This document shows positions 1 through 12,200 of a stretch of DNA of 64,000 nucleotides, piece by piece (within the stretch, counting starts at the first letter, position 1; every line of letters starts with the position of its first letter). Origin of the DNA: Balanoglossus misakiensis (Eukaryota; Animalia; Hemichordata); the NCBI GenBank assembly GCA_040954595.2, contig CM082597.2:8773778-8837777 (forward strand), read 5' to 3'. A program made the position numbers and the translations under genes. Below the pieces are notes generated by a model that did not search any database, was not told where the DNA came from, and saw only the letters and a list, made by a program, of their open reading frames with translations.

Positions 1-659
1 AAATCGGTAGGCCTAATACTCACCCACATCCTGACTAATACGTCTTGGCGGAAATGGTGCACAATCACCCCCAAATAGCACTTTTCTGAATGAGTTCACA
101 GCTTAACAAATAGGTGTCAACAATGCAAATGGCCGTTTTTCTCGGTTTGCATTTTCGCTGCTTTTGACAACTTCGGACTAAAATAGCTTCGCCCTGCATT
201 GGCCGAATTTGCTCAAATTTTGACAGGGAATTGTGTATGACCCATCCAACAAAACGCTAGTTTTGTATGTCGATAAAGTGTCCCTGGCGGGAATAAACTC
301 TGATTCAATACAACTCACCGTGAATTTGATCAAATTTTCAGAAAATCTAACTTTCAAACGCTGTTACTCCTCAATGGAAGCAGATAACGCAAAACAAAAT
401 TAGCGTTTTTTTGCACGTGTACTTTAGTTTTGAATGACATATTAAGATGCATGATGCATGGTCAACTTTTTTACCTATTTTAAATTTCATGACATAATAT
501 CAAAAAATGGGTTTTTTCGCCCAAAATCGCCACCATTTCCGGGGATCAATAATATTTGCAACTCAAACAAAAGTTCAAAATCTCAGCTTCCAGAATATAT
601 ATGGTTTATGGGGGTTTAAACTTTGTCTTTCTCGACGGTTTCATGCAGTGCCACCTTAA
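1..659. mobile_element. Probable right end of a TTAA-flanked non-autonomous DNA transposon
   Basis: Ends in ...GTGCCACC-TTAA, like the other TTAA-flanked elements here; the left end is outside the window. Confidence 0.35.
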
Positions 660-1000
660 ACAACTCTATAAAAAGTCTTATTGCTTAGTACTGGCACGAG
701 GTGGTAAAAAGATGTGCAGCTTTTGACTTATTACAGGCTTACACTTTGTTAGTAATATGAGTCCCTATTGGTATTGTGCTGGGTTTTTAGGAGCTTGGGC
801 CCCATTCCCTGGATATTTTTTACACCTTGCTCTGAAAGCCTGCCACACCTATGCTTCTTGAATTTGTCACAGTTGTCCTTGCCAATGAGTGTGCACCTTG
901 AAATTCAAATCAGTCATTTGACCTGGCAGCCATATTCAGTTGAAATTGTTAAATAAATGCAAATTAGCTGGGAAAATTTGAAATTGGTCAAAACCACTGG

Positions 1001-2485
1001 TCAGATTGATTTGACAATTGGTATGCAAGTACCTTATGTCAACCACATACAGTCCTGTATTTTGAATAGTTTGAATGTTCTATTTTTATGCATTTTTTGC
1101 CTTTTTCCTCATTTTTGGTAAAACATCTACTTTTCTAAAATTGATGAGACGACTTCTTTGAAATTTAGTATGAAGCTTCATATAGGTGATATGAGTTAGC
1201 ATACTTTTGTTAAAATGTTGCAAAATTTGCATATTCATAATTTTGGAGCAATTTCGGCCGTTTTTGAATTTTTTTTTTAAACCGGTTGTTACATTGCTTT
1301 GAAAATTGTTAGTCATATTAGGGGTAGCCCAAGTAAGATTTGCATGTATGTTTTTCAAATCAACTTGATGAATTGAATAGTATATTTTTGGGATGATTTT
1401 TGCCATTTTTGGTCAAAACTCTTCTCAGAACCCCCCACAGTACGTGAAATATCCCATGAATCACTCTGGTTTGTACAACCAGAGATTACTCGGTCAAACC
1501 AGGCAAAGTTCACATGTGTAGAGAAAATTGTAGACCACTAATACAAATTTTGAGAGCATGCTTTAAAGGCGAATCTTATTGTCAATTACCATTTCAAATG
1601 ATAAACAAAATCATGCATTATTGAAAGAGGAGATACAAATTTTATAAAATAAGCAATTGCATAGCCAGCCGATACAAAAAAGTTTGAAGTAAAACAGGGA
1701 CACTTGAAACACTTGTTTAATCAAACAAAACGATATTGATTTTTTTCTATAGACAGAACAATGGAAATTTACATGTTAACTTTCAACAGAGACTGGCCAC
1801 CTCAGTTAGTCATTGCTTCTTTCCTCCTAAGTGTGACATTTGACGTACATGAATGAATACTTTGATTTCTATGGCTTTTAAATCTTGATTTTGAAATTTT
1901 CACTCTAATTCCTCAACATACTTTTTCTAGATAAATCTTAATACAGTTATATGTACTTCATATCATTGTTAGTATCTAAAACAGAAAGTAATTAAATGGA
2001 CAATCTCGATGATACAAATCATGGAGAGTTGTGGGTAAAATATCGTACTGTGCCCCCTTTACCCCCACTGCTTTGAAATTTGATTTGAAGGTTTCAGGGT
2101 TTGTTCTCATGATAATTTACAGATTGATTTGACAATTGGTATGCAAGTACCTTATGTCAACCACATACAATCCTGTATTTTTTTAACTAATAGTTTGAAT
2201 GTTCTATTTTATGCATTTTTTGCCTTTTTCCTCATTTGTGGTAAAAAATTTTAGTATGAAGCTTCATGTAGGTGATATGAGTTACAATACTTTTGTTGAA
2301 ATGTTGCAAAATTTGCATATTGATAATTTTGGAGCAATTTCAGCCTTGTTTAATTAATTTTTTTTCTCTAAAACCGCTTGTTCCATTGCTTTAAAATTTG
2401 TTAGTCATGTTAGGGGTAGCTCAAGTAAGATTTGCATGTATGTTTTTCAAATCAACTTGATGAATTGAATAGTATATTTTTGGCG
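1001..2485 (+). repeat. Two diverged direct copies (~1001-1395 and ~2120-2485) of an interspersed repeat, probably Helentron/DINE-like
   Basis: cagattgatttgacaattggtatgcaagtaccttatgtcaaccacatac...aatcaacttgatgaattgaatagtatatttttgg is present twice. Confidence 0.75.
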
Positions 2486-2486
2486 G

Positions 2487-2783
2487 ATCAAATCAAATCA
2501 AATCAAAACAAACATTTATAAAGCGCCAGAATCAATAACAATGTTATTTCCAAAGGCGCTGAAAGTATAACATCAGTGTTCGTAGGCTTTGACAAATAGA
2601 AATGTCTTGAGTTTTTGTTTGAAAATGTTGAGACTAGAAGCCTGTTGAATGTCAGATGGCAGAGAATTCCAAAGTTGTGGCGCGACAAGGGAAAAGGCAC
2701 ATCCACCATATGTTTTGAGTCTGTACTTTGGTACACACAACTGGTTCCTTGAGCTGGAGCGCAGAGCCCGACTAGGCTTATAT
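2487..2783 (-). mobile_element. 3' end of an L2/Crack-clade LINE
   Basis: Minus-strand peptide YKPSRALRSS...VPKYRLKTYG..AFS..APQLWNSLP..IQ...SL..FK.KLKTFLF (typical L2-group ORF2 C-terminus), followed by a (TTTGA)n tail at 2487-2505. Confidence 0.85.
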
Positions 2784-3562
2784 GATTTTTGATTTGATTT
2801 GGTTTCAGGGTGATTTCTCATGATGATTTACAAAACCTATGACTGATTACTTTGAAATTTGAGTAGGAAGTTAATTGGATGTGTTTGTTTAGATAATGGA
2901 ATCAAATAAAGTTATTCATTCTTCACCTTCATTCTTCACCTCATTTCATTTATTGGCTGGTTTGTCTATTGTATCAGGGAAGAGTACTTGCCATCCCACC
3001 CCACCGATGCAAACTTTGAGTGGCAAAAGTAAAATTTGTCGTAACATTGAGTTAATTTGCTTTTGGGCTCACTAAAATGCAACTTTGAGCTCTGTATTTG
3101 TACAAAATTTTCATTAATTGGCTGGTTTGTCTATTGTACCAGGCCAGCATACATAAGATCAAGATGTTTTCGGGGCTGGGGGGGGCATCATATTTTATTG
3201 CCTCTCTATGTGTGTGTCTGTCTGTCTGTACTCCTGTGTAGACTTTTTCTAGTGTAATCACTAAATGAGACCACAGTGTCCTTGACGCTATTTTTTGCGA
3301 TTTTCAATGACCCTGGGGTAACCTTTGACCAGCTTTCATATATCTTGGTATTCACAGCAGAATACAGCCTTGGCATACCCTGGTAACCATGGGAACCGTT
3401 TGGGCCCAACCAATGGTGCTGGCAGAGTTAATTTTTAAATGATTTCTTCTTGTCGTTTTCTTTATCAATATGATGACTTGACCTAATCAGATTATTAAAA
3501 TAATTTCATTCTTTTTTTACATTAGGTTCTTTGGTAACACTGCTGCTGGAGGGAGTGTAATA

Positions 3563-4330
3563 TTTGTAACGACGTCGCCACCTAATACTGTACTGGAGGT
3601 ATGAACTTAAACTTGTAACGACGCCGCCACCTAATACTGTACTGGAGAGATGAAGTTAATACTTGTAACGACGCCGCCACCTAATACTGTACTGGAGAGA
3701 TGAAGTTAATACTTGTAACGACGCCGCCACCTAATACTGTACTGGAGTGATGAAGTTAATACTTGTAACGACGCCGCCACCTAATACTGTACTGGAGAGA
3801 TGAACTTAATACTTGTAACGACGCCGCCACCTAATACTGTACTGGAGAGATGAAGTTAATACTTGTAACGACGCCGCCACCTAATACTGTACTGGAGAGA
3901 TGAAGTTAATACTTGTAACGACGCCGCCACCTAATACTGTACTGGAGAGATGAAGTTAATACTTGTAACGACGCCGCCACCTAATACTGTACTGGAGAGA
4001 TGAAGTTAATACTTGTAACGACGCCGCCACCTAATACTGTACTGGAGAGATGAAGTTAATACTTGTAACGACGCCGCCACCTAATACTGTACTGGAGGGA
4101 TGAACTTAAACTTGTAACGACGCCGCCACCTAATACTGTACTGGAGAGATGAAGTTAATACTTGTAACGACGCCGCCACCTAATACTGTACTGGAGAGAT
4201 GAAGTTAATACTTGTAACGACGCCGCCACCTAATACTGTACTGGAGAGATGAACTTAATACTTGTAACGACGCCGCCACCTTATACTGTACTGGAGGGAT
4301 GAACTTAAACCTGTAACGACGCCAGATGAT
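3563..4330 (+). repeat. 50-bp minisatellite, ~15 copies
   Basis: Unit acttgtaacgacgccgccacctaatactgtactggagagatgaagttaat, near-identical copies. Confidence 0.97.
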
Positions 4331-4509
4331 GCTCCTGTGACCAGAGGGATGAACGACGCCATGATTTGTTGATCTGATCTAATTAATAATATTCATTCTT
4401 TTTTTTCAATAGGTTCATTGGTATTATCATCGCCGGAGGGAGTCTAATCAATATCTACAACAACGCCGCACCAGATAACAATATCAAAACCAGAGGGATG
4501 CTGTCAATA

Positions 4510-5305
4510 GGTTAGGCTAATAAAAATGGTTTAATCTGAGGGAATGGTAAAGGGTTGGTGTATGAATATGTTAGGGTAATAAAAAATGGTATAATCTAAC
4601 GGAATGGTGAAGGGTTGGTGTATAAACAGGTTAGGCTAATAAAAATGGTATAATCTAATGAAATGGTGAAGGGTTGGTGTATGATGACTAATAAGACATT
4701 GTGCACAAGGGTACTATAATAAAACTGTCTGCAAGGGTATAATATTATGGTTTCAAGGGTATGATAAGTAATTAAAATACTATAAAAACATGAGTAATGC
4801 CACGTGGTAAATAAAAACTGTACATGTACAGAGGGTAAATACCGGTATAATATATAAAGGTGTTAACATCAATGGTGTAATAATAAAAAAAATGGGTAAC
4901 ACATGGTTTTGGTGGTATAATAATAATAAAATGGTATTAACTTGATGGTATAAACATTATGGGATGTGTATAAACGGTGTTAATATTACAAAGGTATAAT
5001 GATTAGTTGGGGTGTAATAATAAGAAATTTAAAATCATTGGGTAATTTATTAGTGTCAGGTTGGGTAAAATAATTGTTGCTATGCATTCGTGTAATAATT
5101 GTCTGCGGATTTTTTGCAGCGTTACCCGCGTTCGCGTTCTTCATTGCAGGTCGCTCGTCATGTAATGGAATTTCGCCGTGTGCCCGTTTGATTCGCCGAT
5201 GGATTTTTTACAACGTTACCCGCGTTCGCGTTCTTCATCGCAGTTGGATCGTCGTGTAATGGAATTTCGCCGTGTGCCCGTTTGATTCGCCGATGGATTT
5301 TTTGC
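4510..5305 (+). repeat. Degenerate ~60-bp C-poor repeats followed by a ~95-bp duplication (5120-5305)
   Basis: taataaaaatggt.taatcta..gaatggt.aagggttggtgtat x3; gttacccgcgttcgcgttcttcat...gtgcccgtttgattcgccgatggatttttt x2. Confidence 0.7.
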
Positions 5306-5734
5306 TTTCGTCATCGTAATTCCCGCATCAACACGAATCCTCAATCTCGCGTAACAACAATACATCAAAATGTACACAGAAAAATAGGAGTCGGCAAGAC
5401 AATTCTGGTTAGTTTGAGCCCCAACCTTTTAAAATTCACAACGGGGGAGGGGGCAGTTTTTCCTCATTTTATATTTGGCTCGAGGTTTTTAACTGTCCCC
5501 AGGCGCGTAAAGTTAGTTAGTTTATCACACAGTATGTAATTATCTTGCTTGATTTAAAAAAACACTAAAATTGTATGGGGGAGCTTCTTGCGATTTGCAC
5601 TTAAGAAACTGATGGTTTGTACCCATAGATAATATTTAGTATTAAGCACATAATTGCCTGGAAATAAAAATTAACTCAAGGGTAGAATGCAACAGTTAAT
5701 TTTGTGCAATATCAACAGGAGCTATTTTGGCACC

Positions 5735-5840
5735 TTATTTCAGTTTGATAAACACTGTTTTTGCTCATTGTTTCATTTCGACCACATTATTTCAGTTTGA
5801 TAAACACTGTTTTTGCTTATTGTTTCATTTCAACCACTTT
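5735..5840 (+). repeat. 52-bp tandem duplication
   Basis: ttatttcagtttgataaacactgtttttgct.attgtttcattt at 5735 and 5787. Confidence 0.85.
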
Positions 5841-6244
5841 TGTCACCTTGTTTTAAATTGAATGCAAGCATTGTTTCTGTTTGACCACTACTTGGGGTAA
5901 TTGTTCCAAATTGGTATGCAAGATATTTTACATCAGCAGTTAGTCATCTAGCCACACTTTAGCTGCACAGCATATGAAAAATAATGAAATTCATGCAAAA
6001 AGCAAAAAAGTATTATGGGTATAATGCCATTGCAGCATTGGCGGTTCGACTCCGTCGATACTTACTTTGACGCATAAGTCTTCATTATTTTTCATATGTA
6101 ATAAATAAAACTCTTCCAAATTCATATCTTTGTTTTAAGTTTGTGATTTTGCTTCAGTTAGGGGGCCCACATTTACCAAACCTGTCTTGCCATCTTTTCA
6201 CATTTCTTCAAATATGCAGCGCCAGCGGTAGGCAGTATTTGATC

Positions 6245-9200
6245 AAATTGACCCACAAATCACTCAAAATTAATAGGCAGGATACTGTCCACTCTGGCCT
6301 GGTTACTGTCTGGCCTGCTTAATGTTGACGCAAAGGTTGACCCCACCAAACACTCAAAATTAATAGGCAGCATACTGGCCACTCTGGCCTAGTTAATGTT
6401 GACGCAAAGGTTGACCCCACCAAACACTCAAAATTAATGGGCACGATACTGGCAACTCTGGCCTAGTTAATGTTGACGCAAAGGTTGACCCCACCAAACA
6501 CTCAAAATCAATGGGCAGCATACTGTCCACTATGGCCTGGTTACTGTGTGCTCTGGTTAATGTTGACGCAAAGGTTGACCCCACCAAACACTCAAAATTA
6601 ATGGGCAGCACACTGTCCACTACGGCCTGGTTACTGTGTGCTCTGGTTAATGTTGATGCAAAGGTTGACCCCACCAAACACTCAAAATTAATGGGCAGAA
6701 CACTGTCCACTATGGCCTGGTTACTGTGTGCTCTGGTTAATGTTGATGCAAAGGTTGACCCCACCAAACACTCAAAATTAATGGGCAGGATACTGGCCAC
6801 TCTGGCCTAGTTAATGTTGACGCAAAGGTTGACCCCCACCAAACACTCAAAATTAATGGGCACGATACTGGCCACTCTGGCCTAGTTAATGTTGACGCAA
6901 AGGTTGACCCCACCAAACACTCAAAATTAATGGGCAGCACACTGTCCACTACGGCCTGGTTACTGTGTGCTCTGGTTAATGTTGATGCAAAGGTTGACCC
7001 CACCAAACACTCAAAATTAATGGGCAGAACACTGTCCACTATGGCCTGGTTACTGTGTGCTCTGGTTAATGTTGATGCAAAGGTTGACCCCACCAAACAC
7101 TCAAAATTAATGGGCAGGATACTGGCCACTCTGGCCTAGTTAATGTTGACGCAAAGGTTGACCCCCACCAAACACTCAAAATTAATGGGCACGATACTGG
7201 CCACTCTGGCCTAGTAAATGTTGACGCAAAGGTTGACCCCCACCAAACACTCAAAATTAATGGGCACGATACTGGCCACTCTGGCCTAGTTAATGTTGAC
7301 GCAAAGGTTGACCCCACCAAACACTCAAAATTAATGGGCAGCACACTGTCCACTACGGACTGGTTACTGTGTGCTCTGGTTAATGTTGACTCAAAGGTTG
7401 ACCCCACCAAACACTCAAAATTAATGGGCAGAACACTGTCCACTATGGCCTGGTTACTGTGTGCTCTGGTTAATGTTGATGCAAAGGTTGACCCCACCAA
7501 ACACTCAAAATTAATGGGCAGGATACTGGCCACTCTGGCCTAGTTAATGTTGACGCAAAGGTTGACCCCCACCAAACACTCAAAATTAATGGGCACGATA
7601 CTGGCCACTCTGGCCTAGTTAATGTTGACGCAAAGGTTGACCCCCACCAAACACTCAAAATTAATGGGCACGATACTGGCCACTCTGGCCTAGTTAATGT
7701 TGACGCAAAGGTTGACCCCACCAAACACTCAAAATTAATGGGCAGCACACTGTCCACTACGGACTGGTTACTGTGTGCTCTGGTTAATGTTGACGCAAAG
7801 GTTGACCCCACCAAACACTCAAAATTAATGGGCAGAACACTGTCCACTATGGCCTGGTTACTGTGTGCTCTGGTTAATGTTGACGCAAAGGTTGACCCCA
7901 CCAAACACTCAAAATTAATGGGCAGAACACTGTCCACTACGGCCTGGTTATTGTGTGCTCTGGTTAATGTTGACGCAAAGGTTGACCCCACCAAACACTC
8001 AAAATTAATGGGCAGAACACTGTCCACTACGGCCTGGTTATTGTGTGCTCTGGTTAATGTTGACGCAAAGGTTGACGCCACCAAACACTCAAAATCAATG
8101 GGCAGCATACTGTCCACTATGGCCTGGTTACTGTGTGCTCTGGTTAATGTTGACGCAAAGGTTGACCCCACCAAACACTCAAAATTAATGGGCAGCACAC
8201 TGTCCACTATGGCCTGGTTACTGTGTGCTCTGGTTAATGTTGACGCAAAGGTTGACCCCACCAAACACTCAAAATTAATGGGCAGAACACTGTCCACTAC
8301 GGCCTGGTTACTGTGTGCTCTGGTTAATGTTGACGCAAAGGTTGACCCCACCAAACACTCAAAATTAATGGGCAGAACACTGTCCACTATGGCCTGGTTA
8401 CTGTGTGCTCTGGTTAATGTTGACGCAAAGGTTGACCCCACCAAACACTCAAAATTAATGGGCAGAACACTGTCCACTACGGCCTGGTTACTGTGTGCTC
8501 TGGTTAATGTTGACGCAAAGGTTGACCCCACCAAACACTCAAAATTAATGGGCAGAACACTGTCCACTACGGCCTGGTTACTGTGTGCTCTGGTTAATGT
8601 TGACGCAAAGGTTGACCCCACCAAACACTCAAAATTAATGGGCAGAACACTGTCCACTATGGCCTGGTTACTGTGTGCTCTGGTTAATGTTGACGCAAAG
8701 GTTGACCCCACCAAACACTCAAAATTAATGGGCAGCACACTGTCCACTATGGCCTGGTTACTGTGTGCTCTGGTTAATGTTGACGCAAAGGTTGACCCCA
8801 CCAAACACTCAAAATTAATGGGCAGAACACTGTCCACTATGGCCTGGTTACTGTGTGCTCTGGTTAATGTTGACGCAAAGGTTGACCCCCACCAAACACT
8901 CAAAATTAATGGGCACGATACTGGCCACTCTGGCCTAGTTAATGTTGACGCAAAGGTTGACCCCACCAAACACTCAAAATTAATGGGCAGAACACTGTCC
9001 ACTATGGCCTGGTTACTGTGTGCTCTGGTTAATGTTGATGCAAAGGTTGACCCCACCAAACACTCAAAATTAATGGGCAGGATACTGGCCACTCTGGCCT
9101 AGTTAATGTTGACGCAAAGGTTGACCCCCACCAAACACTCAAAATTAATGGGCACGATACTGGCCACTCTGGCCTAGTAAATGTTGACGCAAAGGTTGAC

Positions 9201-12200
9201 CCCCACCAAACACTCAAAATTAATGGGCACGATACTGGCCACTCTGGCCTAGTTAATGTTGACGCAAAGGTTGACCCCACCAAACACTCAAAATTAATGG
9301 GCAGCACACTGTCCACTACGGACTGGTTACTGTGTGCTCTGGTTAATGTTGACTCAAAGGTTGACCCCACCAAACACTCAAAATTAATGGGCAGAACACT
9401 GTCCACTATGGCCTGGTTACTGTGTGCTCTGGTTAATGTTGATGCAAAGGTTGACCCCACCAAACACTCAAAATTAATGGGCAGGATACTGGCCACTCTG
9501 GCCTAGTTAATGTTGACGCAAAGGTTGACCCCCACCAAACACTCAAAATTAATGGGCACGATACTGGCCACTCTGGCCTAGTTAATGTTGACGCAAAGGT
9601 TGACCCCCACCAAACACTCAAAATTAATGGGCACGATACTGGCCACTCTGGCCTAGTTAATGTTGACGCAAAGGTTGACCCCACCAAACACTCAAAATTA
9701 ATGGGCAGCACACTGTCCACTACGGACTGGTTACTGTGTGCTCTGGTTAATGTTGACGCAAAGGTTGACCCCACCAAACACTCAAAATTAATGGGCAGAA
9801 CACTGTCCACTATGGCCTGGTTACTGTGTGCTCTGGTTAATGTTGACGCAAAGGTTGACCCCACCAAACACTCAAAATTAATGGGCAGAACACTGTCCAC
9901 TACGGCCTGGTTATTGTGTGCTCTGGTTAATGTTGACGCAAAGGTTGACCCCACCAAACACTCAAAATTAATGGGCAGAACACTGTCCACTACGGCCTGG
10001 TTATTGTGTGCTCTGGTTAATGTTGACGCAAAGGTTGACGCCACCAAACACTCAAAATCAATGGGCAGCATACTGTCCACTATGGCCTGGTTACTGTGTG
10101 CTCTGGTTAATGTTGACGCAAAGGTTGACCCCACCAAACACTCAAAATTAATGGGCAGCACACTGTCCACTATGGCCTGGTTACTGTGTGCTCTGGTTAA
10201 TGTTGACGCAAAGGTTGACCCCACCAAACACTCAAAATTAATGGGCAGAACACTGTCCACTACGGCCTGGTTACTGTGTGCTCTGGTTAATGTTGACGCA
10301 AAGGTTGACCCCACCAAACACTCAAAATTAATGGGCAGAACACTGTCCACTATGGCCTGGTTACTGTGTGCTCTGGTTAATGTTGACGCAAAGGTTGACC
10401 CCACCAAACACTCAAAATTAATGGGCAGAACACTGTCCACTACGGCCTGGTTACTGTGTGCTCTGGTTAATGTTGACGCAAAGGTTGACCCCACCAAACA
10501 CTCAAAATTAATGGGCAGAACACTGTCCACTACGGCCTGGTTACTGTGTGCTCTGGTTAATGTTGACGCAAAGGTTGACCCCACCAAACACTCAAAATTA
10601 ATGGGCAGAACACTGTCCACTATGGCCTGGTTACTGTGTGCTCTGGTTAATGTTGACGCAAAGGTTGACCCCACCAAACACTCAAAATTAATGGGCAGCA
10701 CACTGTCCACTATGGCCTGGTTACTGTGTGCTCTGGTTAATGTTGACGCAAAGGTTGACCCCACCAAACACTCAAAATTAATGGGCAGAACACTGTCCAC
10801 TATGGCCTGGTTACTGTGTGCTCTGGTTAATGTTGACGCAAAGGTTGACCCCCACCAAACACTCAAAATTAATGGGCACGATACTGGCCACTCTGGCCTA
10901 GTTAATGTTGACGCAAAGGTTGACCCCACCAAACACTCAAAATTAATGGGCACGATACTGGCCACTCTGGCCTAGTTAATGATGACGCAAAGGTTGACCC
11001 CACCAAACACTCAAAATTAATGGGCACGATACTGGCCACTCTGGCCTAGTTAATGTTGACGCAAAGGTTGACCCCACCAAACACTCAAAATTAATGGGCA
11101 CGATACTGGCCACTCTGGCCTAGTTAATGTTGACGCAAAGGTTGACCCCACCAAACACTCAAAATTAATGGGCAGAACACTGTCCACTACGGCCTGGTTA
11201 CTGTGTGCTCTGGTTAATGTTGACGCAAAGGTTGACCCCACCAAACACTCAAAATTAATGGGCAGAACACTGTCCACTATGGCCTGGTTACTGTGTGCTC
11301 TGGTTAATGTTGACGCAAAGGTTGACCCCACCAAACACTCAAAATTAATGGGCAGAACACTGTCCACTACGGCCTGGTTACTGTGTGCTCTGATTAATGT
11401 TGACGCAAAGGTTGACCCCACCAAACACTCAAAATTAATGGGCAGAACACTGTCCACTATGGCCTGGTTACTCTGTGCTCTGGTTAATGTTGACGCAAAG
11501 GTTGACCCCACCAAACACTCAAAATTAATGGGCAGCACACTGTCCACTATGGCCTGGTTACTGTGTGCTCTGGTTAATTTTGACGCAAAGGTTGACCCCA
11601 CCAAACACTCAAAATTAATGGGCAGAACACTGTCCACTACGGCCTGGTTACTGTGTGCTCTGGTTAATGTTGACGCAAAGGTTGACCCCACCAAACACTC
11701 AAAATTAATGGGCAGAACACTGTCCACTATGGCCTGGTTACTGTGTGCTCTGGTTAATGTTGACGCAAAGGTTGACCCCACCAAACACTCAAAATTAATG
11801 GGCAGCACACTGTCCACTATGGCCTGGTTACTGTGTGCTCTGGTTAATGTTGACGCAAAGGTTGACCCCACCAAACACTCAAAATTAATGGGCAGAACAC
11901 TGTCCACTATGGCCTGGTTACTGTGTGCTCTGGTTAATGTTGACGCAAAGGTTGACCCCCACCAAACACTCAAAATTAATGGGCACGATACTGGCCACTC
12001 TGGCCTAGTTAATGTTGACGCAAAGGTTGACCCCACCAAACACTCAAAATTAATGGGCACGATACTGGCCACTCTGGCCTAGTTAATGATGACGCAAAGG
12101 TTGACCCCACCAAACACTCAAAATTAATGGGCACGATACTGGCCACTCTGGCCTAGTTAATGTTGACGCAAAGGTTGACCCCACCAAACACTCAAAATTA

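Noticed and set aside
6008-6063. A true tRNA-Gln(TTG) gene
   Set aside because: No D-arm/A-box, no variable loop, and A rather than U at position 33. Kept only as a tRNA-like finding.
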